This document shows, piece by piece, positions 13,830 through 28,680 of a DNA stretch of 64,000 nt (its first letter is position 1; each line of letters begins with the position of its first letter). Source of the stretch: Blasia pusilla (taxonomy: Eukaryota); NCBI GenBank assembly GCA_050084515.1, contig CM114271.1, positions 10,788,001 to 10,852,000 of the forward strand, in the 5' to 3' direction. Below the pieces are notes generated by a model. It saw only the letters and a program-made list of their open reading frames with translations, did no database searches and was not told where the DNA came from. The position numbers and the translations under genes were made by a program.

Positions 13830-14800
13830 GCTTAGCTATACGTAGGCTGACTATCCATGTGAGGCAGTTGAGGTCCATCGCCTGCCCCAACACGTGTCTC
13901 CGGGATGCCTCAGTCATACCTGGCACCGCCATAGTACTCGTAGCGAATCCCATGGCGCGCTCACGCTCATCTGCTGTAGGCTCCTCCAATGCTCGGATCA
14001 CCTCATCCCAAATCATGCTTGGCCCTCCCTGACAAAAGGCATGGGATGCTGGGAAGCTCACCAACGTAGGTAAGGCTTCCCTCAACTCCCCCATCCTATT
14101 GGCCATCGCCAACGGTGGTCTATCATCCTGTGTTATCACCTAAGATCGATGCCCTAAGCCCAAAATAGCATCCACTGTGAGATGTGGTGCTCTCTAGACT
14201 TCATCGTATGCTCGACTCAGTACCTCTGATGGTATCTGGTTCATCCACCACAGTTGTGGAGGATGGGCGCATGATCCAACTCTCGCTGCATCTAACAACA
14301 CAACAAGTCCCAACTAGAACCTCACTTGATGCACACTTGTCATCACATGTGCATGAGTCTCTTCCAAAAATGGAGAACGTGTCTGATGCTCTTGCAAGTA
14401 TCATACTACTTGTAGCATCTCCCAAAACATCCATGACCTTGGGTCCTGAAATCCAAACCCTCGGCCAGCTCATGAATGACCCTGACATGGCCATCCAACA
14501 ATCACCAAATGAATGGTCCCAACTCTATCCACATCGTGCGCCCCCACCAAAGAGATGTCGGCGGGTAGTGTATGTTGATATCCACGTACTGCTGATACCA
14601 AAAACAACTCAGGATACCTCTGGACCAATTTCGCCACGTGAAGTAATGATACTCATCGTGCGGTCTCATCTCTCTCTCCACATAAAGGTATTGATGCACC
14701 CATATGCCCGCCTACAATACTGCAGCCAATCCGGTGCTAATCCCTCCAAAGAGATCTAACACCCTAACACCCTCCTCTGGACACTGCCACACAATGGGTG
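13830..14800 (-). pseudogene. DNMT3-like C5 cytosine DNA methyltransferase domain embedded in pol between protease and RT
   Basis: Manual translation: motif I VLDLFGGIST, II YLYVER, IV LVIVGWPCQGHS*AG (PC at 14490-14485), V DPRSWMFWE, VIII LLDAARVGSCAHPPQLWW, IX ERERAMGF, X RRHVLGQAMDL. Motif VI (ENV) not seen. Confidence 0.88.
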
Positions 14801-15146
14801 TGATATCCAATGGGGTCAACCTCTCCACTCCAGAAGCCCAATCACCACCTGACTCTTGCTGCTCTGGGATAAAGGCATGACTCCACGCGTGCCTCACGAG
14901 GTCGTCGACACTCCTCTATAGCTCTCGAGTCGTATCCCACAATGGTGAAGAGATCTCGCCAATATGGGAAGAGACACCCGCCATGGCCTGTCTCTCCGTG
15001 GGACTATCTGCTATTGGGACATCCTCCGCATGTGCGTTCCCCTCCAACAACTCTCCTGGCTAGCTAACACTACTTGTGAAAGCTGCCAACTTGGTCACAG
15101 ACTCATCTCGTACTTGACCACCTCCTCCCGTAAACTGCACGGGTAA

Positions 15147-15650
15147 CTATCTCATCCGCCCGTCACCAGACTGCCATCCTGGCCAATAAGCAACGGTCTC
15201 CTCCCAGAAGTCAAGGATGAATCCTAGGGGATATAACACTATACTCCCCACCAACACATCATACGACTCAACTGATGTCGTGATCACAGGTGTGCGTACC
15301 ATAGCACTATCCATTGCATGCTCTGGCTGGATTCTGACAACTATCTCTTGTCGAGTCATATACTACGTGGGTGACATGCCCCCAATCGAGATTTGTATCT
15401 AGAAGGGACAAGGCTCAATGTCGGCCTTCCGTAACCCCAACGCTAAACACGCCGCCTTCCCTAACATCAAGGGCTGCACTCCCGAATCAAGTAGGACGCA
15501 CTATGGGTGGTATACTGTCCCCGTCGGACTAACCAAGCGAAATACTCCAGCTTGGTTATCGAGTAACACTACGCCAGGTGTTATCACTACTCGCTTTATG
15601 GTTGGGCGAGCTGGCATATTTACCAACTTCGCCGCTGCTACATGCCATGA
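15147..15650 (-). pseudogene. Gypsy aspartic protease
   Basis: CVLLDSGVQPLMLGKAAC at ~15500-15447; SYDVLVGSIVLYPLGFILDFWEE. Confidence 0.8.
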
Positions 15651-16299
15651 CTATGTGGGGGACATCCCGAGCACCTGCTCCGAGGGCAACTCCACCACCT
15701 CCTCAACTACCTCTCAACAAGAGGCAGTCACCTCTCCACGGTCACACAACGTGGCGGCCAGCTGGAACACCTCAACAGGTCCAACTCCCAACGTCTCCAA
15801 CTCTATGGCGGAAAATAGTGGAGTCTGGCTTACTCTGGTGGCCACCTCCAACACTATGGTTGACACTGACTCCACTTGAGCCGGCATAGGAGTTATCACT
15901 CCAACTCCTCGTGACGTCGACGCACTTGCCTCACTTGTAGGCACCGCTGATCGTCAAGGCACCATTAATGGTGTGTGTAGTGCCTCCGACAATACCAATG
16001 ATTGTGGAACCCTGGCCTGCTGCCCATTAATCCCCTCTAGTGGGTCAATCTCAACTCCACCTCTCGATCGCTCAGTGCCTCTTGTAGCACCCTGAGTCAC
16101 CACTTGAGCAGCCTCAACCTGAGCTGCACTATACATAAACCCCATACTAGCAAGACCCTCATCCGGGTCAGGGTAAGAGGTAGAAGCTGGGGCCACACTA
16201 GCTGCTCGTGGATCCGTGCCTTCCCTGAGGTACATCATCGTCATGGCAACAATCCTCTACTCCAACTGATCGATGCGTGAGAGAAGTGCCGGCTCTAGT

Positions 16300-18900
16300 G
16301 CTCCTACTCCATCTCCTCTGGTTGGTGGTGGTCCTCTACCACCATGTCCAGGAATAACTCCCCGACCTCTTCAGGACGACCGCCTCCACGCCCTTGGCTT
16401 GGCTCTGGACGTGCCTCTCGACGAAGGTCAAAACATCTATTCCCAGTGTGACCATATCTGTGGCAATAGTAACACTGGTACTATGGTGGGGCCATCCTCT
16501 ATGGCTTTTGAGCAATCGAAGGTGCTCGTGGTCCTTCCCCATGTTGTGCGCAGTCTCTCTGCCTATGGGCCCCTCCACACGTCCAAAAAGACAACATCGA
16601 TCCCTGTTGGGCAACATATGTAGGTACGGGTCGTTGCCTCATAGGCTCATGGTACCCACCCGGGTCTCTGGGCACACTAGCCCGCTCCCATGGTATTGGT
16701 GCTTGCTGTGGCACTTGTAGGGTCACCGTCACTCGTAGACCCGTTGACTCTCGAGAAGATCGAGCGGTCACTACGTGCTCCTCACTCATGTTGAGCTCAA
16801 TATGCTCAGACAACTCGAAGACCACCTTCAATGTGGGCTTCGCTGTGTGAATCAACACCGCATCTCGGACTCTCCTCCATAGTTCTCGGTCCAGAACCCC
16901 GTACCAATATTGGTCTAACTGCGCCTTAGTCACTCCAGAAGTAGCAATGATAACCCTCCTCATGCGCACAAATGCCTCTCTCAGACTCTCACCTGATGGT
17001 CGCTAAAAATCCTGTAGACTCTTCAACTTTTCGGTGCGTATGCCTTGGTAGCTCTTCCCCAAATGTCGGAAGAACTCCACTATGGTACTAAAGTTGGGTG
17101 GCCCTCTACCACCAGAGGTCTCTGCCACATCACCTGTCTCTCTGCCCTCCTCTCCATCTAGTCTCTGGGCTGATGGTGTGCGTGATACCCAAAATTTTGT
17201 ACTTTTAGAGATTTATACATTTTGATTCAAGGAATACAGATTCTATGAAGTGAAGATTGTACATATAAGATTTTTTTAGATATTATGTTTGTGAATTGGA
17301 AGAATAAGTAATATTGAAATGGATCACAAAGCTCCTAGGATAATACAGAGAGGTGAAAAATCAAGGATTTTCCTTAGAGGAGATGGAAATACAGAAACGA
17401 AGTCTAAAGACTAAGAGCGACGCTTGAAAAAGACAACGAAGCCTTATTAAGAACTTGTTAATGGAGTGATTCACTCTTGAACGAAGCATAATGAAGACGA
17501 AGAGGAAGAAGTACTTTGCTCTTCAGCAAAGCAGGAAGAACGAATCACTTGGAACAAGAGCAAAGAATGCAGCGCTTTGTCCTCAGGAAGAGCTTCGTCC
17601 TCAAGGGAAGAAGAAGAAGTCTACACTTAGCAACGAAGCGAAGCTAAGACTCAAAGTGATTTCAAGCGGCACACTGTTAGAGTAGTTAGGTTAGGAAGAG
17701 GCATGACTTTTTGGACCAGATAGGAAGTTAGGACCGTTACGCCCAACGGATTCATAGTGATCATAGGAAAAGATAAGAGAACCGAAGATCAAGGTAGTTA
17801 CAAAATCTCAATAGACAATAGATTCGTAAGAGACGCTTCAGATCTTTGGACCTACTAATGCCTTGGAAGATATTTAAGAAGCATGAAAGTAGCTATCCTC
17901 ATCATTCTTTCACGAAGTCCTTATGTTGTAGGAATGGTTCGAGCAAGGGAGTAGTACCCTCTCGAGCTTGTATAACACTTTGAAGCTTTCTGATTCTTGA
18001 TGGAGTAGTAAAGCACTCATTTCTTCATTCCGATGTGCGATGCATATGTTTGAGAATTCTTATTGGGTCTGCAGAGTGAAGAGTGAATCAGGAGAACACT
18101 TTCATCATTAGAATAATCAACATTGAGTCGTAAGAAATCTGTTCGACAGAGAGTAACCTGCCCAGACGGATTGAGTTCCGAAAGTAGGAGAAGCCAGCTT
18201 CTTGTTGAGGTCTCTTTGAGGTTCTTTGATGTTGAGTGAAGATCTACCTGAGCGTGAATTCGATTCCATTGGAGAGAATCGAGGAAAGAAATCTTGGTAC
18301 TAAGAGAAAGGAGAATACACTGATAAGTGATTGAATCCGAATTGTAAACACTTAACTACAACTATTGCAAGATAAATGCCATCTTGAACTCTCTTTCCAC
18401 ATAATCGTGATCCTCGTGGGGATTGAACTTATTAAATTAATGTAAAAAGATCAATTCGTAAAATTCTTATACATTACACGGTGGGTCTCTCTCCTCTCAC
18501 GATCCCATCATATGCCTCGTGACCACTAGTGAATACATACTCTGGAGCCCAATACATCCTCCAGGCATCGATCTCTACTGAATACAATGATCGAAACTCC
18601 ATATAGTCATCCATCGGAGGACCCTCCAAGTGTTGGAACAACCCCTTTCATGCCATGAAAGGGTTGAACTGTGTCGGGGTCCGTATCTCTTGGAAGTCGC
18701 ACCACATGTCAAACTTCGGGATAAAATCATCTAAGTCGATAGTGCCCAGTGCACCCTAGAAATGACGCATACCCCAATGGCCCATATCGTCCATCTCTTG
18801 ACAAGTGACATTGCCTCCGTCTGCGATCTCGTCACCAGACCCAGTGTCTAGTGATGACGATCTAGCCACGGATGGATGTCGAGGTAGGTCCTCACTCATA
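16300..18900 (-). pseudogene. Gypsy gag, split by a solo LTR
   Basis: Homologous to copy-1 gag; SFWTCGGAHRQRDC degenerate knuckle in ORF 16499-16969. Confidence 0.75.
17181..18478 (+). mobile_element. Solo LTR (~1.3 kb) inserted in Gypsy gag; same family as 29080-30373
   Basis: (C/T)GTGATAC...CATTACA ends; long similarity to 29080-30373; imperfect TSD TGGTG/CGGTG if the start is 17179. Strand arbitrary. Confidence 0.8.
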
Positions 18901-21299
18901 ACCCCTCGGTATCTCACTCCACTCCATGTCACACCACTACTACTGCTCGCACTACCCCATTCGTCCGAACCCTAGAAGAATGCCGTGATGACAACCCTCT
19001 CTCACCCGCTCAAGCACTCAGACTCACCAAGAGTCTCCCACACTCCTCACTAGCTCACAGACGCTAATGGTAATCCCGTGACAACACACTTGGCCTCACG
19101 CACACTCAACACTCACCATGAGCCTCCCAACTAACTCACCTAAACCACTGACACTCTTGAGTCATACATGTGACCCGTGCTCGGAAACCGCCGTATATTC
19201 ACAGACATGCTACACATGCATGGAGACTACACTTGTCACCATTACTACATCCATCTAGCACCAACAACTACCCGACACCTAGCACTCTCAATCACATAAG
19301 ACAAGTGCGGGAAAAGGGACTTGAATGGGTTACCTGATCACGCCCTACAACCTACGACACTGTCGACATCCACTCCTCCATGTGATATGACAACCTTCGC
19401 CACACGTCACCCTTCTCGACCAACACGTCAAACCTCCCGTCAGCATTGGCGTGTATGTCTCCATCAAAATCCTTGCAAACACAATCGATGACGGACTACC
19501 AAGTCGGCCCCCAATCGACCCGCAATAACTGCCAAACTCTCATTGTGAATCCCACCATGCTCGCCAAACACCAAGTCTCACAAACTCTACCACTACGTAA
19601 CTCAACTCAACCATGTCCAACCCCCTCAACCTGGTAAACTGACCTGACCAAGTGTGGATCCACTCCTACCACATTTGTCTGTGCTCTACCCCTTCCGCCC
19701 ATGCCTGTACCGTGTCGGCCCTACCACGTTCCCATCCAACCTAAACTCTTGCACGCTGCCCTATGCACCCAAGGGTCCTTAAATGCGTGGGGGGGGGGCA
19801 TGGAGGGCCCGCGCCCCAATGCCCTCAACCCGTCCTTTCCTCCTTCTCTCCCATTCGCACCCTGCGGCGACCCTACATCTGGGCTCCCCACTCCTGCTCT
19901 TGCGGCTCCGACTCCCGCTCCCGCGGCTCCAAATCCTGGCTCTCGACTTGCTAGCGACCTAAAATTATTGGCTACACCCTAGCATTGTCGCGACCCTCAT
20001 AACCAAACAACACCAAATACGCGCCAAGCGAAACATCAGAACTCAAAGGAACTCACTCCGCGAGGTTTGCGCTTTGGAGAGGCGTTTGGAAGAGTCTCTT
20101 GGAAAAGTCTAAGAGACGAAACGTGGAACAGAGTTGTGCGTTTCATGCGTTAGTGGTCGCGACCAGGAAACCTAGACCAAACGCGAGCTGAGACTTGAGA
20201 TGAGTTGAGTCTCGGAGGTTGGTTGCCAAAGAGGTGAGAACCAGTTTGGAACACGGCTAGCGTTTGGGAGAATCTGACTGTGTTTAGGACCATAACGTTG
20301 AGCTCCGAGATGCGTTCGGGACAAGTAAGGGCGCGTTGGAAAGCTGATCTTGAGACGCTTCCAACGCACCAAAGATCTCAGCAAACGCATAAGTACAGGC
20401 TGAGATATTGGCCGAAAACGATTCAGAGAGCAATCGGGTTGAGGGCCATGGAGGGGCCCGGGTGTCTTTCCCTAAATGTAGGGGGCCCCCGGAGATCCCC
20501 AGAAGTACTAGTAAGGGGAGTACCTTCTCTGAGATGTCTCGGGAAACGAAACCCCACTTTGGGCGCCAAACGGCGTTTCAGAGGCACGGGATGAAACGGG
20601 AGTTTGGCGCGGAAACCCGAAATCCAAACCTGATCCAAGGGAGTGGACTTTGTGTGCCACACTTGATTCCAACCCGAGATTCACCGATGCGAGTCTTGGT
20701 GAGGAACTCATTGGATGTTCATCGGACAGCTTGGAACCGCTAGGCGCGAGACGCCGCTTTCAGGTTCCCGAACCGACGAAAGAAAGTCTCGGTCCCAAGT
20801 CTTTCGAGACTTGCCCGTGTTGGAAACCGCGAAACTAGGAAGGTTGAGCTTGAAGAGAGAGTCCGAGACGAGAACTCGGAAAGTAATCCCGCTGATTGAT
20901 CCAAGACCCGACTAACCGGCGCGTGTTTGGATGCAGATCAGCGTTGAGAGCGTGACTCATCAACGCGACGCTCGCGAACAAACAAGATTAACGTTCAAGG
21001 AGAGTAGGTGCACGACAAGCATGGTCGCCCTCACGGCGGCTGTGGTGCATTTCCCGATCAAGCTCTCATTCTGCTTTCCTGATACACCTGTTCATGAACT
21101 CCCAACGTCACACTTCCCACTACACTCTGCCGTTCTCTCTCATCGGTTTGCACCAGCAAAGTCCATGAAAAATGGCCTGCGCTTTGGCGCACGGCCTTCC
21201 GAACATAAAAATGACTAAAAAATGCTAACCAGCATCTCCAGGGGCTCCCCACCAAGGCAGCTCGCTTGCCTACCTACAAAAAAAAAAATTTCCACCATC

Positions 21300-21800
21300 C
21301 CCCTGACATCTTTCTCATGTAAAAATAAAGAGTAGTAAAAATGGCACACCCGCCCTAAAACTCCACTCCTCAATCTACATCGGCATATCGAGCCTCATCC
21401 ACCTTGCGCTATCAAGGAATCGGAACGCTAGCACCCTGGTACTATCTCACACACATACAAGAGAGGTGCTCCAAGTGCCCAACATGAGAAAGATGGCTTG
21501 GGAAAGCCATCTTCCTCCCTTATGTGGGGTTGGGAAGAGCCAAAAGGCTCTTCCCCTAAAAATAGCTATCCTCCTGGTTACCTGCACGCACAGGTTACCA
21601 GGGGCGGATGACCTGCTCAACAAGTCACCTGGCTGTGAAAGACCCCAACAAGAAAGTTGTCAAAATTGACGTTCCCGACACAATGGACCTATCTTCAACC
21701 TCGTCCGACACCGCGGGAAAAAGTTACACTCAAGACAGTCCGTTGGCTCTTATGTCGTATCCACGATAGTTCTCGGCCTATCGGCTACTCAGATGTGACA
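21300..21800 (-). repeat. 5' LTR of Gypsy copy 2 (~0.5 kb)
   Basis: Reverse complement aligns by eye with 23447-23730 and 24431-24590; inner boundary approximate. Confidence 0.7.
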
Positions 21801-23446
21801 ATAGTCCAACGGTTGAATGTGGATGTGGGGGATGACAACTCAGTCTTCTCTATTGTACCATCTCCTAGTACTTCTAAGTATGCAAATAAGTCATTCCTAT
21901 TTGGGGTAAGATGGACAATGTGTGGGAATTTGCACACTAAGTTGTGTCCTAGAAAGCTCACTTTGGAGCATAATTTGAGGACACACTTGGTCAGCCGTGA
22001 TCATTTGGCGCATTAGAGACCAAAGAGATATCTAAGGATATTTTGGTGAGGTCTGGTAAATGAGGAAGGCCTAGGAAACTTAATCCAAGGGACCAACATT
22101 CCTTGAAATTTTCAATTTTGAAATTCTTCAAGGAGGATGGGTACCAAGCAGGGAGCAGTATATGGAGAGGTGGGTTGGTAGAGATTGATCCTGGCCATAG
22201 CCTGGTTTGTTGGGGCTTATGGGATGAAAAGTTCAAGTGGAAAGGAGTAGAAATGAATGTTAAGGGCATGTTGGATGATCAGCGTGGTGGCAATGCGTGG
22301 GATTGTGAGCTAACCACTATTGTGCAGGTTTTTGATCCATCTACAAATATTGTGGTAAGTATACGAGGTTGTTTTAGACACAAATTGTGTTGTAGGTTAT
22401 CGCTTAATGGAATAGGCTTTACGAATATGACATGCACTAAGTCTCATTCTATTAAGCGTGAGGATGATTTTCATGGCCAAATCTACGGGGAAACATAAGC
22501 TTCAGTGCATAGAGGGGAGAGGGATACAAAAAGTGGATTGAGATTGGATTATTTGACCAACCATCAGCTCAAGGAACAAGTCCACCATCTGAACTCAACA
22601 TAGAGAAAAGAACATTGGCTTCTTGCACAACAAGCTCAAAAAGTGTGTGCCTTGAGTACTAGAAAACAAAAATTAAAAGAATTGTTAGGAGTAGCTGCAA
22701 ATAGGAAGGATTTGAAACCCTTTCTTAGGAATGTAGTGAATGGGCAAAAGAATGGTGCTTTCGATAGGAAGCAGATATTGTGGGATTTTCTCCAAGATGT
22801 AGCTCGTAACTTACAAAGATATGCTAAGGGTGCCCATTACAGCAAGCGAACAAAGGCCATAGCTCACGCAATGCTACATTTTGGTGGTCGACAAGTGGCT
22901 CATTGTTTTACTAGGAACTTAGTTGGGCGAGGCTTTAAGACCCTTAAATGTGACAGGGCTAAACTCCCTCCTTTTTTTGTTGGGCTAAGATGTGCAATTT
23001 TCAAGGAAGTAGTCAGAGTATTAGCTGAATCAAAGTGAGTCCTTGGTATTGAGAGAGATGTACCAATCATGTTTGCCGAAGATGAATCTCGAATCAAAGA
23101 AAGGCCATGATGAGTGCAACTGTGGAATGCTATATCTTTTCATTGTGCATATGTATGATTGAGTTAAACATTAAAATTGAATTAAAAATCTACATATTCA
23201 CAATCATGAGACTAAATATCATTTTTTTCTGTTGATATCAGATGGGAGGCCAAATATGACAGTTTGATTGGTTTTTGTGGGCTAGTAGAACATCAAAAAT
23301 GCTCATTTGGACTTGAAGTACTTGTTGGGGATGGTAATGATGGCTATGAAATGATCGTAAGTACTTTTGGGGAGTACACAAAGGGGCAATATGCTAGAGT
23401 AATCATTGTGAATCATTTATATGAATCTATGTCCAAATTGGCACTA

Positions 23447-24744
23447 TGCTACATCTAAGTAGCTGATAGGTAGGGATCTATCACGGTGACAACATAGAGA
23501 GCCAACGGACTATCTTGAGTGTAACTTCGTCCTAAGGTGTTGGATGGGGTTGAAGATAGTTTCGTTGAGTTAGGAACGTCATTTCCGATGACTGTCCTAT
23601 TGGGGTCTTTCACATTCGGATGACTTGTTCAGCAGGTCACCCGCCTTTCGTAACATGTCCGCGCAGGTTATCAGGAGGGTTTTCATTTTTAGGAGAAAAG
23701 CCTTTTGGCTCTAACCACACCTATATATAGGAGAGAGATCAAGGTTGCACGTAAATAGACAAGTCCGGACATGTCCTCGGACATGCCAAGCCCGCACCCA
23801 AGCCCACCTCGGAGCCTGCCTTGGAGCCCGCCACCTAGATCCAAGCTGATAGAGCCCGCACCCGTTGTGTGGCCCATAGAACGGACAGGTGCGGGCTATG
23901 GCGGGCTCAAGGCGGGTTGGGCGCGGGCTCCAATCGGGTAGACACGGGCTCAAAGCGGACAGACACGGGCTCAAAGCGGGCAGGCGGGCGGGCTCGAGGC
24001 AGGCAGGTGGTGAGCGGACACGTGCGGGCTTGAGGTAGACTGATTGGGCGCGAGCTTTGGACGGACACGTGTGGGCTACCAATGGGTAGACACGGGCTCA
24101 AGGTGGGCAGGGTGGGGGCTCCAAGCGGGTAGCCACGGGCTCAAGGGCCTGAAAAATTTGGTCCCTTTGACCAAGATTTGGTTCGGCAGACCAAATTTTT
24201 TGCACATGCGGGCTCAAGGCAGGTCTCAAGCCCTCACCGAGGGCTCGCAAGGCGGGTTCGAGGCCTGCATCGAGCCCGCCCCAAGCCGGGCTGCGGGACA
24301 CGCAACAACTACGGGCGGGCTCGGATGGGGGCTCGGGTGCGGGCCCTGGGTACCCAAGCCCGCACGGACATGTTTGTCCATAGGATGGAGATAATTCTGC
24401 GGACACAGATTTTGTCCATGTGCAACCTTGAGAGGGATGGCTTTCTCAAGCCATCTTTCTCATGTTGGGCTGTTGCAACACCATTCTTGTTTGTGTGTGT
24501 GAGTTAGGACCACGGTGTTAGCGTCCGAATTCCCTAACAGCACAGGGTGGACGAGGCTAGATATGTCGATGTAGATTAAGGAGTGACATTTTTAATCTTA
24601 TTTTTGTTGTGTGATCTCAATGTATATGTGTGAGTTGATTTTTGTACTTGTGTGGATCTACCCGTGTGTTGGGGAAGATCGAGGTTGTGTGATGTGGATG
24701 TGACCAGCGATATGTATTGTGTAGCCATGTGTATGCACACATCA
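23447..24744 (+). mobile_element. Solo LTR related to the Gypsy copy 2 LTR
   Basis: TG...CA ends, ACTA(TG) duplicated at 23443 and 24745, TATA-like CCTATATATAGG at ~23720; removal restores the host frame. Confidence 0.8.
23740..24430. mobile_element. hAT-type non-autonomous element/MITE (691 bp) with GGGCTC/GAGCCC repeats
   Basis: Perfect 11-bp TIR CAAGGTTGCAC...GTGCAACCTTG; 8-bp TSD AGAGAGAT/AGAGGGAT; absent from the related LTR at 21300-21800. Confidence 0.85.
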
Positions 24745-26040
24745 ACTATGTGTTACTGCAACCTGTAAGAAGTTCACTGCCGATTGGATTTGAGAGCATT
24801 GGGAAGAGTGTAAAGTTATATGGGATGAGTATTGTCGAGCTACTTTTGGTCCTATCTTGGGATATGGAAGCGATGGTGATGCCTCTTGTAGAAAGTTGAT
24901 GTTCCAGGATTACAGAGGAGAATATGGCTCTTATCCTAGGTATGGAGTTGGGTGGGAAGGTTGGCAATACTGTATCTCAATTCTTCCAAATGGTGATTTG
25001 TATGGATTTGGAGATCAAGATCAACCACACAATGGAAAGAAATTGGTAAATCCCATGGATAGAGTTTATTCCCTACCGGTTTTGGGACCTCAACATATAG
25101 GATTGTCTTATATATGTGACGAAAGTTATAACCATTACCCTATTCATGAACATGCACTAGTAGAAAATGGGCCATTTTAAACCCATATGTTTGTGACTCG
25201 TGTTACTAAGAGTCCTAGAAATTACACCTAGTTACTCCCAAACGGATTAAATAACTCCCGAATTACTTATAAAATGATGGAGTCGCATTTTGTTACTAAA
25301 TGAAACTTAGAGAGGGTGAAGATTTTAGTTCACTTAAGATTGCCCAAATCATAAGAACTATGCTTACTTGCAATGTACTTGTAACTCAAAGTAAAAAAAT
25401 TGGTGTGTATTAGGGTTGAAAAAAAACACTATGATCATTTATTATAATTACAAATAATGAAACTCTTTAGTGATACCCTATAAGTTAACTCTAAGTAAAA
25501 CCTAAACCCGCGAGATGGCTTTCAAGCATGTTGTCGTCCACAAAGGCGGGAAATCATGTATGGTGCATATTCGGCTTTGGCGTAGTCACTCGTGCTCCAA
25601 TTTGAGTTCCTTTGGTGTTTGAGTTCCTTGAGTTGATTGTCATTGCTATCACTTTTTCTACTCGATCTCATCAGTTTGCAAGAAACTAAGAGCATGAATA
25701 GAAGGTTAGTGGAAGCCGAAACCCGATTGTGGAAACTATCTCAAGGTTGGAGGCTGGAGAGGACTCGACCACGTGGAGCTCAATTTTTCTTCTTTGAAGC
25801 ACGTGGAGAAGCCGCACTACTCTATTTCAAGGTTTAGTTGTTAGGGGGCACCAGATAGAAGGCTAGAGAGGACCTGACCACGTGGAGCTTCAAGTGTTTC
25901 TTCTTGGAAGTGCACGGAGAAGCCACTCTACTCTATTGCGCGCCATTGTTGTTGTGAAGGTGAAAATCTACCTTTCTCTTCTTCTCCTTGGATTTTCATG
26001 ACTTATTTCAAAGACTGTATCCTCAGCATTTTCAGTGTGA

Positions 26041-27544
<1,504 letters not shown>

Positions 27545-28122
27545 GTGAGTGCTGACCATAAAGTGTTGGTGAAGAGATTCAAGTGTTATAATCGTTGGTG
27601 GCTGGTAGAGATTTGAAGGAGTCAGAGCATATAGTAAGCAGGTATAAAAATCTGGAAGCTACATTTTCCCTGGACGCGGTTAAAAAGGTATGAAATCTGA
27701 TTGAAATTCATGGGATTTTTTTGTAGGAACTTATTGGATATCTTAATGGACATGTGCGTCATATAGTGCAATAACAAAAATCTCCCGTAAAAAATCAATC
27801 CCTCCTCAATATCAGAGATCCTCTGTACCAATCCATGAAAAGATCCATAGGTGGATACTTGAGGGAGAGGTGGACGATCTGTATGGTGACTTCTTTGTAT
27901 AGTTTGTTTTGAACTACTCTTTTTTACTTTAGTAAATATTTAGGGTATTCACTTGAATGGAGAGAGAAGTTTTGTTGTCATTAAATACCGGGCACTTGTA
28001 GCCTTGTGCACCATGGAGAGAGAAGTCTACAGAATGTAACATCCTTCATGTCTCTGGATGGCATCAGAGTGATGGCAGGTATTTCGTTTCAACCATTGGT
28101 ATAAAATGACTCAGGGTACTTT

Positions 28123-28680
28123 TTGTCCAGATTAAGGAGCCTTCCTTTTGAAGTAAAGGTCAAGATCTTTACCATGAGCAGGCCTACTAGTCTCTTGGAC
28201 TATATCCTTGCCCTCCCTAAATCTGCAAGGGCAAACATTTGTTACTTTCATGCTTACTCTGACCGTTATTGTACCCCAAATAGGCGACAAAGGCAGACTA
28301 GGAATTGGCTTTTCCGCTTAGAAGATTGCCACGTGTATGTGCAATTTGTAGACATTGTTATGTGGAGGGAGGATAGAGGAGCACTATTAGCATGGCTAAT
28401 GCTTGGGGTCACCCGCAAAGTCACTCTTCATATCTGTCAGGATGCAGGAGGGATTCTCCCTGGGGAGGATCATCCCATTGTTAGGAAGGCACGAGCCATC
28501 ATTGAATATGCGCGTTCTATTGGTGGCCACATGGTAGAGGTTATTCTTGAGTATTGTAATACTTGGGAAGTTGTAATCTCGGGGGACTTAGTATGCATTC
28601 GCTCAAGTCGTAGAACAATTTCAGGGAAAGTTTGCATATGTTGCCTAAAGATATGCCGTGATGCTGTAGTATGGCAATGA
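28123..28680 (+). CDS. CACTA cargo ORF (185 aa), weak F-box-like N-terminus, function unknown
   Basis: Open frame in AT-rich surroundings; LRSLPFEVKVKIF resembles the start of an F-box. The called start is TTG; an in-frame ATG lies just upstream at ~28106 only if frameshifted. Confidence 0.35.
   Translation: MSRLRSLPFEVKVKIFTMSRPTSLLDYILALPKSARANICYFHAYSDRYCTPNRRQRQTRNWLFRLEDCHVYVQFVDIVMWREDRGALLAWLMLGVTRKVTLHICQDAGGILPGEDHPIVRKARAIIEYARSIGGHMVEVILEYCNTWEVVISGDLVCIRSSRRTISGKVCICCLKICRDAVVWQ

Larger units (their letters stand above)
10447..21800 (-). mobile_element. Ty3/Gypsy LTR retrotransposon, copy 2 (5' LTR-gag-PR-DNMT-RT-RH-INT-PHD), decayed, 3' LTR missing
   Basis: PR-RT-RH-INT order on the minus strand; 5' LTR begins TGTCACATCTGAGTAGC at 21800 and is homologous to the solo LTR at 23447. 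Confidence 0.9.
21801..25154 (+). pseudogene. P-element-like DDE transposase, 5' part (interrupted by a solo LTR and by the CACTA element)
   Basis: PIMFAEDESRIK (23063-23098), WEAKYDSLIGFCG after an acceptor at 23241, GSDGDASCRKLM, DQDQPHNGKKLVNP. Frame is restored across both insertions (LALC-VTATC; IHEH-GLNWDD). Confidence 0.6.

Noticed and set aside
13830-14800. Host DNMT3/DRM gene or bacterial contamination
   Set aside because: Intronless, collinear within pol, decayed like its neighbours and present at the same position in a second element copy.
21300-24744. The LTR at 23447 as partner LTR of Gypsy copy 2
   Set aside because: Opposite orientation, clearly diverged, and flanked by its own duplication.
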